Source: Rebecca billardiae RCC1528
Lineage: Eukaryota; Protista; Haptophyta
Length of the DNA: 64,000 nucleotides
Direction of reading: 5' to 3'
Assembly: GCA_965240325.2 (NCBI GenBank)
Contig: OZ251223.1
Coordinates: forward strand, 4,030,001 to 4,094,000
Shown: one piece after another, positions 34,274 through 45,091 of the stretch
Layout of the letters: every line of letters begins with the position of its first letter
How positions within the stretch are numbered: position 1 is the stretch's first letter
Notes under the pieces: generated by a model
What the model was told of the DNA's origin: nothing
Seen by the model: the letters and a program-made list of their open reading frames with translations, nothing else
The model's database searches: none
Made by a program: the position numbers and the translations under genes

Positions 34274-37200
34274 GCCCGGAACCCGCGCAGGTGCGAGCCA
34301 CAAACACAACCACTACGGTATCTGATACCACTACTACTACGGAGGCGGCGCGAGGCGCTGATCCGGCGTGGTTACGCACTTGGTCGGTTCGAACGGGCAC
34401 CAATGACCAACGTCTACTCGAGCGCACGCGACGCGTGGCCGAGGGGATGGAGGGGGCGAACGCGCGGCGTGAGCCGCTCGACGAGCAGTCGGCGGCGGGC
34501 ATGACGCGGCGGTCGTTCGCGGACGCGATGCCGACGGCGCACTACCCTGGGCAGGTGACGCACGTCGACATCTTCTCTATGGCGCGCATCGACTTACCAG
34601 TTGGGGCCGATGGCGCACGTGGAGGGTATCCTCATGGGATCATATTCATCGATGGGCATTCACGTCGATGGCAAGTGTACGCGCTACGCAGCTTGGATGA
34701 CGCCGAGGTTGGTCGGGCATTCCGCTGGTACGCGCAGTTGCTTGGAACAGGGGCCATGCACATGTCGCATTGGGTCCTGGCGTCGGGGTGTACTATGGCG
34801 CGACGCCATATTCACACCGACGGTGGCTCGACGTTGCTGAGTACGTACGTCGAGGGTGAGCTGGCGAAGCTTGGGTTCTCGTCGACGGTCACGTCGGCGC
34901 CCGACTCGCCGAGCTCGAATGGCGTGGCGGAACGCGCTATCCGCACGCTGAAGTCGAGACTGCGCGCCACTGTCGTTGCGCGTGGAGTCACGAGGGTCGA
35001 TTGGCACTACGCGGCGTGGCACGCATGCGCGTCGCGCAATCGACTGGCGTCACGTGGTATCATTCGTGACGATGGAGACATTGAGTGGCTCACGCCGGAT
35101 GAGCTGTTCTTTGGCAAACGTCCGACGTGGAAGCATCACGTGGCGTTTGGCGCGCGCTGCCGCGTGCTGATGCTGGGCGCACGGCGCAATGCATTGGGGC
35201 AGCTGAAGCAGCGCGCACTACCCGGACGTGTCTATCTCTGGGGTGGGCACGGCGTGCAGTGGCGCGGTACATGGCGCTACGTGCTTGGGTACGTATGTCG
35301 TTTAGACGACGGACGTCTCGTTCACTCACGTGATGTACGCATCGACGAGACCGACCTGGTCGAGGGGGGGCACTCGTCGCTGGGCGCACCTGACGGTGGC
35401 GCGTACGTGGGTGATGGGGACGGCGCCGCGGTAAGCGGCGGACATCGTCCAGTCGGCGGTGATGCCGACGGTGAGGACGAGGACGGCGACGGCGGCGAGA
35501 CGCCAGCCGACGCCGGGAATGACGACGCGACAGGGTTCGACGTCGGGTACGACGACGACGCAGATGCGTCAACGTCGGGGCGCGGGCGCAGCAGCGTGGA
35601 CGCGGGACAACGCGGGTGCAGCAGCGCGGGCGCACAGCCGTCGACGCCGACGCCGCAGGGCGGGCGTGGCGGGGCAGGCGCGTCAATGACGCAGCCGGGT
35701 CGGCAGGATCAGATACCGCCGACGGAATCACGGCGCGGGACCGCAGCAGATGCTGGCGGGCCGCCGCGCGGCGCAGACGGTGACGACGGCGTGATCGAGG
35801 ACGCGCCGCCGCCCGGTCTGGATATGGGACACGATCCGCTTCGCAGGGATCGGACGTCGCGCCGACGGCCGCAGCTGCTTACTGCCGTCGTCAGCGCCGC
35901 GTCGGTGTTCCAGAAGATCAACGTGAAGGTGCCGACGAACTATCGCGAGGCGATGCGGTCGGCGGAGGCGCCCCAGTGGCAGGGCGCCATGCTCGAGCAC
36001 TTGGAAGGTCACAAGTTGCTCGGCACCTCGGAGGAGGTGGTGGTTCCGGAGGGCACGCGGGTGTTGCCGAGCCAGTGGGTCTTTGACGTCAAGTCGAACC
36101 CGGAGGGCGAGGTGACGCGCTTCAAGGCGCGGTCGGTGCTACTGGGGAACCTACAGCGGCCGGGGATCGACTTTCAGGAGGTCTTTGCTCCGACGATCCG
36201 GCCGGAACAAGTGCGACTACTCGTGGCGATCGCCGCTCAGCAGGCTGGCGCGAGAGTCGACTTGGGTGCAGCGTCGGTTGCGGCGCTGGGCATACTGTCG
36301 AAGGGCGACGTCAAGGACGCGTACCTCAACTCGGAGTTGAAGCCGGATGAGCGGCCTCTCTTCTCATTCCCGCCGGGCTACGTGCCGAGCACGCAGGCGC
36401 CGCCGGGGTACAAAGTCGTGGGCCGGAGCCTGAAGGCGTATCCGGGCCTACGCCAGTCTGGGCGCGCGTGGCATCGCACGCACCGCACCCAGCTGCTCGC
36501 GCGCGGCTTCTCGGAGTGTCCGAGTGCGCCGTGCATCTACGTCAAGGAGTCGGCGCCGGGCGAGTTCATCATCGCGGGCGGCTTTGTCGACGACTTGCTG
36601 TTTCTCAACCTGACGCGCGACGCGCGCGCGGTGGAGAAGCTGGCGGCTGACCTGAAGGAGCACTACGAGATCAAGCTGAGTGAGCGGCTCGATAAGTTCC
36701 TGGGCGCCGTGTTTGAAGTTCATGACGACGGCATCCTGATGCATCTGGGGCCGTACGTCGAGAGCGTGCTTCAGCGGTTCGGTTTGAACGCGAGCACGCC
36801 GGCGCGCACGCCGGAGCCGGCGGCGCGGGCGCAGCTGAGCGACGACGACGAGGCGTTGCTGCAGCGCGCGGAGATTGAGAACTACCAGGCGATGGTGGGA
36901 TGTCTCATGTTTGCGATGGTCACGGCGCGGCCGGACATCGCGCACGCGGTGAACATGCTGACGCGACGCATGTCATGTCCGCGGGCGGTGGATCTGGTAA
37001 GTGCGAAGCGTGTGCTGCGCTACTTACGTGGATGCCCGCGATTGGGAATCTTGTTCAAGTTTGCAACAGATTCCGAGCACCCCGACCTACTTGCTTTCGC
37101 TGACTCCGATTGGGCAAGCAATCCGGTGGAGACCAAGGGCAGGTCGACGGGTGGATACATTGTGTTCTACAATGGGGCGCCGGTGTCGTGGCACAGCGGG

Positions 37201-37575
37201 CTGCAAGGTACAGTCTCGCTGAGCTCGACGGAGGCGGAGTACGTCGCGCTGAGCGATTGCTGCCGCGAGGTGAGCTACTTGCGGAGCATACTCGAGTCCA
37301 TGCGGCAGCCGCCGCGGGCCGCGACGGAGGTGCGAGAGGACAACAAAGGGGCTATCGACCTCGTAGAGAATCCTGTGCACCACAAGCGCTCGAAGCACAT
37401 CGAGATCAAGCATCACTATGTGCGTGACGCGCAGGAGGGTGGCAAGGTGAAGGTGGTCAAGGTACACACCTCACTCAACCACTCTGACATCATGACGAAG
37501 GCGACGGACGGTGCGACGTTCAAGCGGCACGTCGACGCCATCATGGTGGAGCGACACCCGACGCGCGCGCGGTAA
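34261..37575 (+). CDS. pol: Copia ORF2 (-1 frame; open from 33865): integrase, reverse transcriptase, RNase H
   Basis: IN: HVD, HTDGG, NGVAER. RT: WVFDVK, RFKAR, DVKDAYLN, GLRQSGRAW, FVDDLL. RH: ADSDWA, EAEYVAL, EDNKGAI, SDIMTK. Confidence 0.95.
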   Translation, partial: PKRLSPEPAQVRATNTTTTVSDTTTTTEAARGADPAWLRTWSVRTGTNDQRLLERTRRVAEGMEGANARREPLDEQSAAGMTRRSFADAMPTAHYPGQVTHVDIFSMARIDLPVGADGARGGYPHGIIFIDGHSRRWQVYALRSLDDAEVGRAFRWYAQLLGTGAMHMSHWVLASGCTMARRHIHTDGGSTLLSTYVEGELAKLGFSSTVTSAPDSPSSNGVAERAIRTLKSRLRATVVARGVTRVDWHYAAWHACASRNRLASRGIIRDDGDIEWLTPDELFFGKRPTWKHHVAFGARCRVLMLGARRNALGQLKQRALPGRVYLWGGHGVQWRGTWRYVLGYVCRLDDGRLVHSRDVRIDETDLVEGGHSSLGAPDGGAYVGDGDGAAVSGGHRPVGGDADGEDEDGDGGETPADAGNDDATGFDVGYDDDADASTSGRGRSSVDAGQRGCSSAGAQPSTPTPQGGRGGAGASMTQPGRQDQIPPTESRRGTAADAGGPPRGADGDDGVIEDAPPPGLDMGHDPLRRDRTSRRRPQLLTAVVSAASVFQKINVKVPTNYREAMRSAEAPQWQGAMLEHLEGHKLLGTSEEVVVPEGTRVLPSQWVFDVKSNPEGEVTRFKARSVLLGNLQRPGIDFQEVFAPTIRPEQVRLLVAIAAQQAGARVDLGAASVAALGILSKGDVKDAYLNSELKPDERPLFSFPPGYVPSTQAPPGYKVVGRSLKAYPGLRQSGRAWHRTHRTQLLARGFSECPSAPCIYVKESAPGEFIIAGGFVDDLLFLNLTRDARAVEKLAADLKEHYEIKLSERLDKFLGAVFEVHDDGILMHLGPYVESVLQRFGLNASTPARTPEPAARAQLSDDDEALLQRAEIENYQAMVGCLMFAMVTARPDIAHAVNMLTRRMSCPRAVDLVSAKRVLRYLRGCPRLGILFKFATDSEHPDLLAFADSDWASNPVETKGRSTGGYIVFYNGAPVSWHSGLQGTVSLSSTEAEYVALSDCCREVSYLRSILESMRQPPRAATEVREDNKGAIDLVENPVHHKRSKHIEIKHHYVRDAQEGGKVKVVKVHTSLNHSDIMTKATDGATFKRHVDAIMVERHPTRAR

Positions 37576-37602
37576 GCGGCGCAGCTCGCGGCTATGGCTG
37601 TC

Positions 37603-37611
37603 GAGGGGGGG
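37603..37611 (+). other. Polypurine tract
   Basis: GAGGGGGGG immediately before the 3' LTR. Confidence 0.8.
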
Positions 37612-39222
37612 TGTTGAGCTGACGCAGCCTGGGGCGCGCATCTCAGCAGATGGCGTCGCCGCTGGGACGTCAGGGCCGGCGCCGCACCAGGCGGGCCGGC
37701 GGCATCAGCTACGGAGCAGTGGCTGGCTCTGGCGGCGCGCGCGCGCGGCGCGCGCGGCGGCAGGAGCGCGAGCGCAGCAGCGCTGGCGCGGATCGACGTG
37801 GACGCAGAGCGCGGACGCGGCAGCGCGGACGCGGAGCGACACGGACGCGGCGCGTGCGCGGGCGGTACGGCCCGGCGCAGCGCGGCACGGTGACGTCGCA
37901 CGGGCATGGCCCGGCCGCCATCGTGGAAGCGTGTTGGAGTTCTCGAGAACGCAAACACGACCGTTTCATCCAGAAATTCATCACGGACGAGGACGTCCGG
38001 ATTCAACGGGTACACGGATCCAGAAACCGTGTGCGACCAGCAGTTACGGCGGTGCGTCGGGAACACCTGTGATTGGTTGACGCACGGGGCGTGCGGCTCG
38101 GAATCATTGAGATTCCCCGAGCCGGGCCAGCAAACGCCGGGTCACCCCGCCGGAGCCGAAAAGAGCTCGGCGGGAGGTTAGCTTCGTTCGTCACGGAGGA
38201 GGCCTGTTTTATTTCTACGAGAGCCCAAAGGCGACATTCGCCAAAACGCGGTACAATGGCGGCTTGCCCGCTGGTGCGGGCCCCGGAGCTAGTCCGGAGA
38301 AGTGATGGCACGTCATTCGCGCATTCTCGTGTTGAGGCGCTGCGCTGTGGCGAAGGATGTTGTCAGACATGCTGATTCGCCTTGCCGTGGTGCTTCGCCT
38401 TGACACAGGGGTCACTCGCGGTGCACGGCAGTGTGCACGATGCAGCGGCGGCGAGCGGCGGCAAACCGGCGCTGCAGCTGGAGGCCCTCTGCAAGCTGCA
38501 AGCACTCTGCCTTGGCTGCTGCGTCGCACCCGTGTCAGTTAGCGACCAGTTCACAGCCAGATGGACTGCAATCGCCACCAGCTCTAAACGCTCCGCCGCC
38601 ACTACCTTGTCGAGCTTGAGATGCTTCCGTTCGGCGTGCGCTTGCTTGCAGCTTGCTGCCTGCATTTGAACGTGATCGCGGAAGGTTAGTAGGCCGGATG
38701 CTCAGGCCTCCTCGGCGTATAATATTACAAGGTGCGTGCCACGCGCACCCATGACGCGCGGAAAGGCGTGCACACGCGTCCTCGCGCATCTTTCAGGCTG
38801 CAGTCTTGGCCAAGATGATGAGAACAAGCCTGCCAGTGCCGCGCAGGCGCGAGCGCGCGGAGAGTTCTGGGATCCGACCCATGGTGTTGGGTGTACCTCG
38901 TGTGCGACAACGACGAGGCGGACGAGCGCCGCAACTGGATTCGTGCACTCACCGGTCACCGAGGAGTGCACGAATCGCATTCCTTGCGCACGTGGGGGCC
39001 GCCATCGGCCGTGAGAGGTACACCCAACGGAGCGTGACACCGATTCCCACTGGCGAGCACGGGTTTGTCGCCGTGACATAGTAAATGGAATCTGGTAGAA
39101 ATAAAACAGGCCAGGAGCGAGGGTCGAGATTGCCTCGTGGGCGTCATCGTCGACGCGCCCGAGGACGTGCCGGTGAGCTTTTAGCAGGGCTCGAGACGCT
39201 CGGAGCTCGCGTTTACCCAATA
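37612..39222 (+). repeat. 3' LTR interrupted by a nested DNA element
   Basis: Matches the 5' LTR up to 38200 and resumes at 39113. Confidence 0.95.
38201..39112. mobile_element. Non-autonomous DNA transposon (912 bp) nested in the 3' LTR
   Basis: Perfect 18-bp TIR GGCCTGTTTTATTTCTAC / GTAGAAATAAAACAGGCC and a 4-bp AGGA duplication. The 5' LTR shows the empty site. Confidence 0.92.
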
Positions 39223-39493
39223 GTGAGTATATAGTATCAATAACTTTATTGCATGTATGATGTATAGTGTCAGTACTACCGCCAAGTACCGGGTCACGGA
39301 CCCGGTTTACTTCGGCGACTTAAGTAATATATAGAACTGATAAGTAGCACGTCAGTATCTAGCGCAGTACTCGTCTCAGTAGTATATAGTATTCGGATGA
39401 CTGCTGCTACGGCCCCGGTACTAGACGGGGCGTATAGTAGTATCGATATATACTAATCATAAGTACACATCATCATGAGGACCGCCTACGTCA

Positions 39494-42400
39494 TCAGTCA
39501 GGACGGGCGTGCGCGCGGGCGGCCTGCACCGCTGCCACAGCGGCGCCGACGCTGCCGCCGGCGGCCGCAGCTCCGCCCGTGCCCGTGGGCTGCAGCCGCC
39601 GCAGCAGCTCGATGACCTGCTCGCACCCCTCCGTGCCCTTGTCCACGCAGCTGTCCAGGCCGGATGCCTCAAAGGCCTCGCGGTCGGGCGAGCCGCTCGG
39701 GTCGCCCGTCATGCCAACAATGACGCCCAAGTACCCGCCCGCCCGGAGCTCGCTCGCCGCGTTGGCGCCCGTCATCACCGGCATCTGGTTGTCAAGGAGG
39801 ATGAGCGTGAAGGGCTCAGGCCGCGCGCGCACGCGCTCGAGCGCCTCCGCGCCGTCCGCCGCCTGCTCGTACGCGATGCCCAGCGGCTCGAAGAGCCGCG
39901 CCGGCAGCGTGAGCCGGAGGAAGAGGTCGTCCTCCACGTGCAGCACGCACGGCGGCAGCGACGGGCTGGCGAGCGGCGCCGCCGCGGGCACGATGGGCCT
40001 CGGCAGTGCGTGGGCTTTGGAGAACGAGCCATCGCCCTCCACGGCGTGCAACCCGAGGCCGAGCGCAGCGCTGAGGTTGCCGGTGCTCACGCGCATGTCC
40101 TTGGCCGACCCTATGCTGCGCAACCCAAACGAGTTGGACGGGGTGCGAGTCTTGGACGAGGTGCGAGCCTTTGGAAGCACACCGCGGCTGATGGGCTGAT
40201 CTGCGCCGGGCTCGATGGAGGCGGTGGCGGCGGTGGCGGCGAGCGCACCGGTCGGCATGAGCTCGGCGACGCGTTCGTGCCCGAGCGAGACGTCGCGGCT
40301 GGGCGGCATCGACTCCAGTGCGATCGACGAGCGAGACTGGATCGCGTCCTCACCCCGCGCGGGCGCCGCGGCCGAAGAGCCCACGGGCGCGGAGCCGTCC
40401 GCGCCTGGCACCGCGCCACGCGCGTCCTCGCCGCCCTCGGCCTCGGCCTCGGCCTCGGCCAGCCTGCAGTACACGCGCATGAGGAAGGTGAAGCCCTGCC
40501 CCTCGCCCGCCGAGCTGAGCTCGAGCTTGGAGCCGTAGTGCAGGCTGAGCAGCTGCCGCGTGATGGCGAGGCCGAGGCCCGCGCCGCCGTGGCCCTGCAG
40601 CTGCCCCTTGTGCACGTGGGCGAACAGGTCGCCCGAGCGCAGCACCTCGAGCTCCTCCGCAGAGACGCCCGCGCCGCTGTCGCGCACCTCGAGGCAGACC
40701 TCGGCCCAGCCGTCGCTGGCCGGGCGAGCCTCGGCGGCCAACGGCGCCTCGTCTGTGTGAGCGCCACTCGTGCCGCGATGCGTCGGCCCAGACTCCCGCG
40801 AGCTACGGCCGAGCATGTGCGAGAGGTGCGAGCTGATCGCCGCCACGCCGGACGCACGGCCGGCGCCGCCCAAACGCCGAATGCTGTGCGTCTGTGGCGG
40901 AGTCCTCGCCGGTGTGGCGCTCGCGAGGCTTGGCGAGGACGCCGGCGGCTCCGAGTCGACCGACGACAGCCGCGACGCGCACGCCGCGGACTTGTCGTGC
41001 CTCCACACTCGCGTGGAGCTCGCGGCCGAGCTCTCGCCCGACGCGGAGTGGACAGTCGTCGGCGGAGGCGACGGCCGCGACGATGCGGGCGCGTGCTTGC
41101 CCGCACCGCGCTCAAAGCGCGCGCGGTGGTCCGACGTCGGGCCCTTGGAGCCGGGCTCGACCCACGCGCGCACGCCCACGGTGCCGCCCCTCGGCGTGAA
41201 CTTGATCGCGTTCGACAGCCCGTTGTGCAGGCACTGCTGCAGCCGCTTGGCGTCCCCCAGCAGCTGCAGCGCGCTCAGCTCTGCCGGGCTGGCCTCGATC
41301 GAGAGGCTCACGCCGTTGGCGAGCGCGACCTCGTCGAAGACGAGCCGCGCGACGTTGAGCATGCCCTGCGCGCGGAACGGCTGCGGCTCCAGCTCGATGC
41401 GCCCCGTCTCCACCCTCTCAAAGTCCAGCATGTCGCCCATCTGCCGAGCGCGCGCGCGGCGCGCGCAGCACGGTGCACGCGCGCACACGGGCCGGTGGAG
41501 TGAGTGCGAGGGGCGCGCGCACCCGGCGGTCGTGCGCGCGGCCGCACGCGCGCGCGCGCCGGCGCCGGCATCGGGCGCGCACAATCGTCTCCATCATGTG
41601 CGAGCACGTCCCAAGCACCCGCAGCTCCGAGGCGTTGGCGACGACGGGCTGGCCGTCGTCGTGCGACGGGTCGGCGGCGGGGGCTGCCGCGCGCACGGCG
41701 GCGAGGCCGGTGCCGTCGGGCGTGCGCAGCGTGCTGCGCTGACTCGCGCGCTCGAGCAGCGCGTCGACCACGCTGAGCACGGCGAGGAGGGGCGAGCGTA
41801 GATCATGCATCACCTGCGTTGGGCGAGCGCCACCGCGGCGGGGCGCAGGTGATCAGCGCGGGTGTGCGCTTGGACGGTACGCATCGAGGGGCGCGCGGGC
41901 AGGGGCCGCGCGGCACACGGCGCGCACGCACGGCGCGTCGCAGCGGCGCGCACCACTCGAATCAGCTTCGAGCGGGCATCGCTGGCCGCGGTCGCCGTGA
42001 GGCTGGCCGTGCGCGCCGCTGCCTCGGCCGCCTCGAGCGCGCGCTCGTGCTCGTGAGCGGCACGCAAGGTCCTGCGCAGGTCGAACTCGGCGCGGCTCGC
42101 GCGGCAGCTCGACCAGCGCCCCGCGACGAGGAGCGACACGCCCGCGCACAGGATGCCGAACTCCCGCAGGACCAGGCCCTCCGGGCCGACGTTGTGCAGC
42201 CCGACGCCGACGAGCGCGACCATGCACGCGCACAGCACCGCGTACGGGACGGGCTGCATCGCCGGCGCGAATCCGTTGACGAGGACGAGCAGCGTGAGCA
42301 GCTGCAGCCCGATCGAGCCGGTCACGCACTCCGGGATCCGGTCGTAGGATGCCGAGTAGTTCAAGGTCGCCTCGTCGATTTCAAGCTGCGTGATGAGGCC

Positions 42401-42805
42401 CGCCTGCACCGTCAGTATCGCAGTCGCGCCGTACTGAAACGCGCGATGGGGCCACACGCGCGGCACGGCGTCCGCGTGCGTGCGCACGCACGCCACGCGG
42501 TGGCAGAGCGCGGCCGCCAGAGCCAGCGTGGACACCGTGCAGCCCACGAGCGCCAGCACGCCCCGGCGCGTGAGCACACCGCGCGTCGCAGCCTCGCGCA
42601 AGAGGGCCACGACAAAGCCGAGCAGCATCACGACGAAGACGCGCGGCAGCTGGCGTGCGAGCGCCGGTTGGACAATCGCCGACCGGTACTCGCGCTCCAA
42701 TGCAGCCACCCGGAACGGCCCGTCCATGCGGATCGCAGCCAGCTGCTCGGGCTCCTCGGAGCCCACGCTGCCGAGCTCCACGTCCCTCGTCAGGTCAGCC
42801 GGCAT
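39494..42805 (-). CDS. Membrane hybrid histidine kinase (multi-TM, HisKA, HATPase, receiver); introns 41953-41814, 41582-41441
   Basis: H-box VMHDLRSPL, N-box NGLSNAIKFT, G1 EVRDSGAG, G2 GAGLGLAI, receiver HVEDD...LLDNQMPVMTG...K. About six hydrophobic segments at the N-terminus. Confidence 0.9.
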
Positions 42806-43826
42806 GCTCGGAAGCGCCGCCGGCGGATGCGAGCGTCGTGCGTGCAGTTGGGCGCCTTTGGCAGTGGCCCCAGTCGTCTCGTCTGGGTGCGTGCGCCAGC
42901 GCCCCGCGAGGGGCTTCATCTGCCGGGCCGCCACGCGCGGGTCAGGGTCAGATGAAGGGATCGGGATTCGGGCGGAGTCGTTCGCCGCGCGCTCGCGAAC
43001 CGGCGAAAATAACGATAGTCAAGCGCACAAACGTACGCCAATCAACACGGCTTCGTCAATGATGAGACAGGGGTTGATGACTCTTTTTCAGGTTGGTTCA
43101 GTGAAACGACCTCATCACTGAACCAAGGGCGGAAAGCACTGAACAGTCATCATCCTCGACGAGAATCAAAGCGGTGTAATTTCTGAAATTATCCGTACTG
43201 TATTGTACACTCCCCGAACTGGCGAGCGGCGAGCGGTCACGGAGTCAAGCGTGCCCGCTGATGAGGTCATGACGGCGCGGCTGGGACGCGGGAAACCCTT
43301 TGAGGCATGCGACTCCCTTGCTCACGCAAGCCTGTGTAGCAGATCTGACGCCTCACCAGGACCGTTAGCAGTGGTGCGACTGGCACGCAGCAGGCGGCCC
43401 GGCAGCACCGCGTGTTCATTCTTATCGGCCCCGCCGCGGCGCCTCTGGGGGGCCCATCTCGGGCATCTCGGAGCCGGCAGTCTGGCATGAATCACTGCGT
43501 TGACAACGGTGTCAACAGCCCGCTTCGGTGGGCATGTCTGATGACGAAGCGCGCGCCAATTCAGACGGTCAGACCACCTCGGGCCGCACCTACGCGGTAC
43601 GCCATGGCCGGACCGGCCCGCGGTCCGACTGACTCCGAATCGCGTCCCAGCGATCCTGGACTCATCAGCGATCCCGGTGAGTCATCGGCGAATTGTGTAA
43701 TGCGACGGACGAAGCATCAGTCACCAATAGTACATATCGTAGAAGGCCACGACATGCCTCATGGATGCCATCACATGGCTCGGCAGACATGCAGTAACGA
43801 CTACAGAGTACAGTCGCGGAATCACG

Positions 43827-44951
43827 TTACAACTCGTCCGGTGCACCGTCCACGTACGCGCCGAGCGGGCAGTGGAAGTGGCGTGGGTAGAGAGGCTTCC
43901 CGTGGATGCTCTCCATCGCGACGTCGTATCCCGCTTGGTTGAGCCGCAGGACGAGGGCGTCGCGCCGCGCGCAGCGCTTGCACAGCAAAAAGCGGCGGCT
44001 TGATGCGCTGCGCCCGGCGCGCGATGTGCCGGCCTGCGGCCACACACAGGTGCCACGCCGGGATTGTCGCGACACAGATGTCAGCATCGATGGGCAGGTG
44101 TCCACTCGCGGGGCGGGCGTGAGGTGCGCGAAGGCGCAGGCGCGTACCGTGGAGGTGCGCTTGCAGGCAAACTCGCCCAGCGCGTCGAAGCAGCCGTGGC
44201 AGCCGTGCCTGAGCGCGAGGTGCACCCACATGCCGTGTGCGGCGAGCACGCCCGCGGGGCCGTGACGGCTGGACTGCCGCCCCTGCTGCTCGCGCTCGAT
44301 GGCGTGCGAGCGGCACCACGACTCGAGGGATGCATTCACCGCCGCGAGGAGGTGGCGGCTGAGCACGGCCATTCGCACCAGCCGGGTCGCCACGGGCAGG
44401 AAGCTGAGCACGTGTGCCCACAGGTCTTCGGACAGGGCAGCCACGCTCGCGCTGGCAGGCGCGGGGAGGAGCGGGCGGCACGGCGTGGATTCTGCAGCCT
44501 TTGCGGTGCAGTCTGAGCACAGCCACGAGTCCAGCAGCTTGGCCTGCTTCGGAGAGACGTCGACACACGAGCCGTGGAACCAGCGCTGGCACGGCCCTTC
44601 GCACGCGAGCATGAAGCGGTCGCCCCACGGCTGGCCACACGTGCAGTACGTGGGCTCCTCGAGCCACTCGCCGCCGCGCGCCGAGCAGAGCGGGCACACC
44701 CAACGCTCGCCCGGCTGCACCACATCCGGCGTCACGTCCATGCACTCCAGGTGGTACCAGTCTTGGCACTTGCCCTCGCACTGAATCATCGGGCGAGACG
44801 CCCACCGCGAGCGGCAGATGCAATACTTCTTGGTTCGTGAGTGCGGCGTCCACTTGCGCACGCGGGGTAGCTTCGCGGGCGGGGTCAGCATCACTGCCTC
44901 CGCCGCCACCTCCGGCTCCGGAGCGAGCAGGTCCACCATCGGAACCTCCAT
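43827..44951 (-). CDS. Tandem PHD finger plus F-box-like protein; probable intron 44147-44034
   Basis: YCICR...MIQCEGKCQDWYHLEC...WVCPLC; YCTCG...MLACEGPCQRWFHGSC...WLCSDC; LSEDLWAHVLSFLP...MAVLSR. Confidence 0.82.
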   Translation of the reverse strand: MEVPMVDLLAPEPEVAAEAVMLTPPAKLPRVRKWTPHSRTKKYCICRSRWASRPMIQCEGKCQDWYHLECMDVTPDVVQPGERWVCPLCSARGGEWLEEPTYCTCGQPWGDRFMLACEGPCQRWFHGSCVDVSPKQAKLLDSWLCSDCTAKAAESTPCRPLLPAPASASVAALSEDLWAHVLSFLPVATRLVRMAVLSRHLLAAVNASLESWCRSHAIEREQQGRQSSRHGPAGVLAAHGMWVHLALRHGCHGCFDALGEFACKRTSTVRACAFAHLTPAPRVDTCPSMLTSVSRQSRRGTCVWPQAGTSRAGRSASSRRFLLCKRCARRDALVLRLNQAGYDVAMESIHGKPLYPRHFHCPLGAYVDGAPDEL

Positions 44952-45091
44952 TACGGCCGGCCGCCCGATGACGCCCGGCGACCTCGCCGCCGCCAGGCTT
45001 CCGAGTTCCGACACGAATTCTCACCAATTCTTAGCGCAGTAAACTTCAGAACCAGTGCCGAGAGCATGCACAGGGGCGTTGACTCATTCTA

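Larger units (their letters stand above)
30963..39222 (+). mobile_element. Full-length Ty1/copia LTR retrotransposon, recent insertion
   Basis: Near-identical LTRs, 5-bp TSD GTGAG (30958-30962 / 39223-39227), domain order gag-PR-IN-RT-RH and a PPT. Confidence 0.97.
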
